Part shown: piece by piece, positions 61,711 through 64,000 of the stretch
How the letters are laid out: every line of letters begins with the position of its first letter
How positions within the stretch are numbered: the first letter of the stretch is position 1
NCBI GenBank assembly: GCA_054600435.1
Contig: BAAIJX010000060.1
Location: 62,001-126,000, forward strand
Origin: Neophaeotheca triangularis
Lineage: Eukaryota
Direction of reading: 5' to 3'
Length of the DNA: 64,000 nt
The notes under the pieces: generated by a model
Seen by the model: the letters and a program-made list of their open reading frames with translations, nothing else
Told to the model about the DNA's origin: nothing
Database searches by the model: none
Position numbers and translations under genes: made by a program

Positions 61711-63658
61711 TCCGCGAGCTAAAAAGCAATCACCGCCGTACCCGTCTTATCCCTCGCTACTTGCCTGTTGATCCGGGGAGCATGGAGTTTAGCACTGTAA
61801 GGCGCCTGGTGCAGATGCTTTTTGATATCCTGGCGCACTAGTCGCCTCCAAAGTAGACATACATTGTCGATACAAGAAAACCCACATCCCCATACATTGC
61901 GGTATACAAAACAACAACGCCATATTATGACTTCACGGAAGCGGTTGGCATGGGAGGAACGGCTTTCTTTTCTATAGATTCCCCAATAAACGTTCTTGAT
62001 ACACATCTTAATCGCCACCACCTCTATTGACCATGCCAGCGCCTAGTGTCTGTGTGTTGCTAAAGGAACAATAACCCCACCCGTCCTCCACGGCCACCCT
62101 GCACCGCCATCCATCCACCTGCACCCTTCCCCGACCTCGCCAATCGAACCCCCACTGCGAACGACCCTCGCTTCTCCTCGTTGTGAAAACCGGGGCCCCT
62201 GCAACGTCCTCTCCACACAACCCCGTCCCGCTATCGTCTCTAGCGCGCTCCTCCGTCCGACTAGTCTCCGCGGTTACACGGTAACATGATCGCGTGAGAC
62301 AACAAAAATTTGCGTGAGGGAACTAGAACTGGCGTTTGGAGAACGTGCGGCCCGATGGGTTCGGTTGGTTTTGGGAGTGCTCTGGAGTCAGTGTTGCGGC
62401 GTGTTAGCAAGGATAAACGTTAGCGTGGCTGGTGTCCTGGACATCTAAATAAATCTCGTGCTTTGGAAGTCGTCTTTCGTCTGTCTGCTTGTTGGTCTTC
62501 GCGGGTTTCGTGCAAGACGTGGTGGAATAATCCCGAGGGGCTTATCTGAGGCCCAAGATGGGGTTTCGATGGCTCGATCTTATAAACTCAACGAGAGTTG
62601 CGAGAGCTTCTGCGGATCCCGAGCCCCTTGAATTAGATCTTCCGCCATGCCTCGATTCGACTTTTCTGCGTTTTCTGCGTCTGGGGTGCGTGGTCTGGGG
62701 TACACCACAATAATGTGAGCGCGTTGCCGTGCCCTGTCGGCTTGCCTGTTTCGTGCAGCCGGGTTTGGGCTTCGACGTTTCGACTTCGATTGAGTCGACT
62801 CAGATTGCTGTCTACGTACTCTAGAAACGGGTCATGCAAGGTCTCACGTGCACGGAATTTGAGCGATGGTGGTTGTTCGAAGCAACTTGAGCACGACCCA
62901 ATCCTAACCACCTAACCAATGAAATCATCACTCCCTGCGCGTCTGGGTTTAGGTCGGGGTAATCTACTCGAGGCGCTCTCAAGGCTGTCAGGTACAAACA
63001 AAACCCGGTGGAGAGGCACTTTCACGATCCCGGGAAGTACGTTCGAGTGCGAGTGTATCAGACCCTCTTCGGCGATATCCACACTGGTGCCAACTTCCCG
63101 TGGGCAAAGGGTGAGTGAGAATGGGGTCTACAGCATGTCTCTTGTCGTTTGTAGTGCCGCCATTCCTGGCGAGCAAGCTGACATCTTCCACAGTCCGCCA
63201 AGTCACCTGGGCGTGCCATTTGACGAAGAAGGTGGATTAGAGCTGGTATCTGTGCTGTATACATCCAAGAGCCAGGATCTCTTGTACGATCCGCAGGTGT
63301 TCGAGACGTGACATGCAGACCCTGAACTTCAAGTTCCGTGGCCTCTCCTGCCTTGCAAGCTCGTCTTTACTCGTGCCAATATTGTCCTGATTCATTGCGG
63401 ATGATAACGATGGCTTCCCAATTACAACGTGCCGTCGCAGCAGCCCGGCCAAACGATGCTTTGAAAATTTTCCCCTATGCTTAAGAGGACGAAGACTGAC
63501 GCCGTGGTCAGTTTGCCTATCACGAAAGATCCGAGGTTCTGCAAGATCATGACACGAGCGAGGAGTACCTGTTGCAACAGCAGTTGAGGAGAATGGAGGC
63601 AAGGTGAGCGAATTGTGATTTTTTTTTTTTTTTTTGGTAAAAAGCAAAAAGAAAAAAC

Positions 63659-64000
63659 GCCCCCGCCCCGCCGCCCCCGCCCCGCCCCCGCATTGGCGGA
63701 GAGGTCGAGCAGTGGCCCAGAACTCTTGCGGATTTCGCGCCATGGTGGATGGATGAGGTAACGCTGGACCCGACCGGCGCGTCGGGCCGTGTGCCGCCGC
63801 GCGGGATGGCCAATGCCGCGCTGATGGTGGTCGTACCCATGCCCGAGGACATGGACGCGGAAACCGGCCGGTTGCTCTCCGGACCTCAGGGCAAATTGCT
63901 CGGCGCGATGCTGCGCGTGATGGGGCTGGGCGAGGAAGATTGCTATTTTGCCGCCGCCCTGCCCCGCGCGATGCCCGCGCCCGATTGGGACCATTTGCGC
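63659..64000 (+). CDS. Internal fragment of a bacterial-type uracil-DNA glycosylase family protein (Sphingomonadales-like); probably foreign sequence
   Basis: Open frame missing from the track: APAPPPPPRPRIGGEVEQWPRTLADFAPWWMDEVTLDPTGASGRVPPRGMANAALMVVVPMPEDMDAETGRLLSGPQGKLLGAMLRVMGLGEEDCYFAAALPRAMPAPDWDHLR. It has the family-4 UDG-like pattern G...A.LM.V...P...D...G..LSG..G.LL..ML..MGL. GC is high with GCG/CCG/CTG codons. Confidence 0.7.

Overview
Eukaryotic, intron-containing fungal DNA: short GT..CTRAC..AG introns, with proteins typical of filamentous ascomycetes (Pezizomycotina; Dothideomycetes is my best guess). About 20 protein genes can be reconstructed. They are a GH27 alpha-galactosidase (5' end only), RIB1, a DMT transporter, an aldo-keto reductase, two tandem paralogous zinc-finger proteins, SNU13, VMA3, a formaldehyde dehydrogenase, an F-box protein, a Zn2Cys6 factor, an Smr protein ending in a CaaX box, BZZ1, an NCS1 permease, SEC28, USE1, a flavin amine oxidase, CDC14, an EF-hand NADPH oxidase, a saponin-hydrolase-like secreted enzyme, a hypothetical protein and a HAD-IIA hydrolase. 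A decayed LTR-retrotransposon lies at about 34.8-37.3 kb. Main oddities: (1) an unassigned, densely base-paired non-coding element of about 700 nt at 47.93-48.63 kb on the + strand, between two convergent genes. It has long-range helices, a possible pseudoknot, an Sm-like site and a downstream intron, so it is a candidate large ncRNA with telomerase-RNA-like topology, but it has no TTAGGG-type template. (2) An abrupt switch after a T17 run at about 63.62 kb into GC-rich, bacterial-looking coding sequence resembling an alphaproteobacterial uracil-DNA-glycosylase-family gene, probably an assembly chimera. (3) An identical 14-bp element in the promoters of the neighbouring retrograde-traffic genes SEC28 and USE1. 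All identifications come from motif recognition and manual base-pairing; no searches or folding programs were run.
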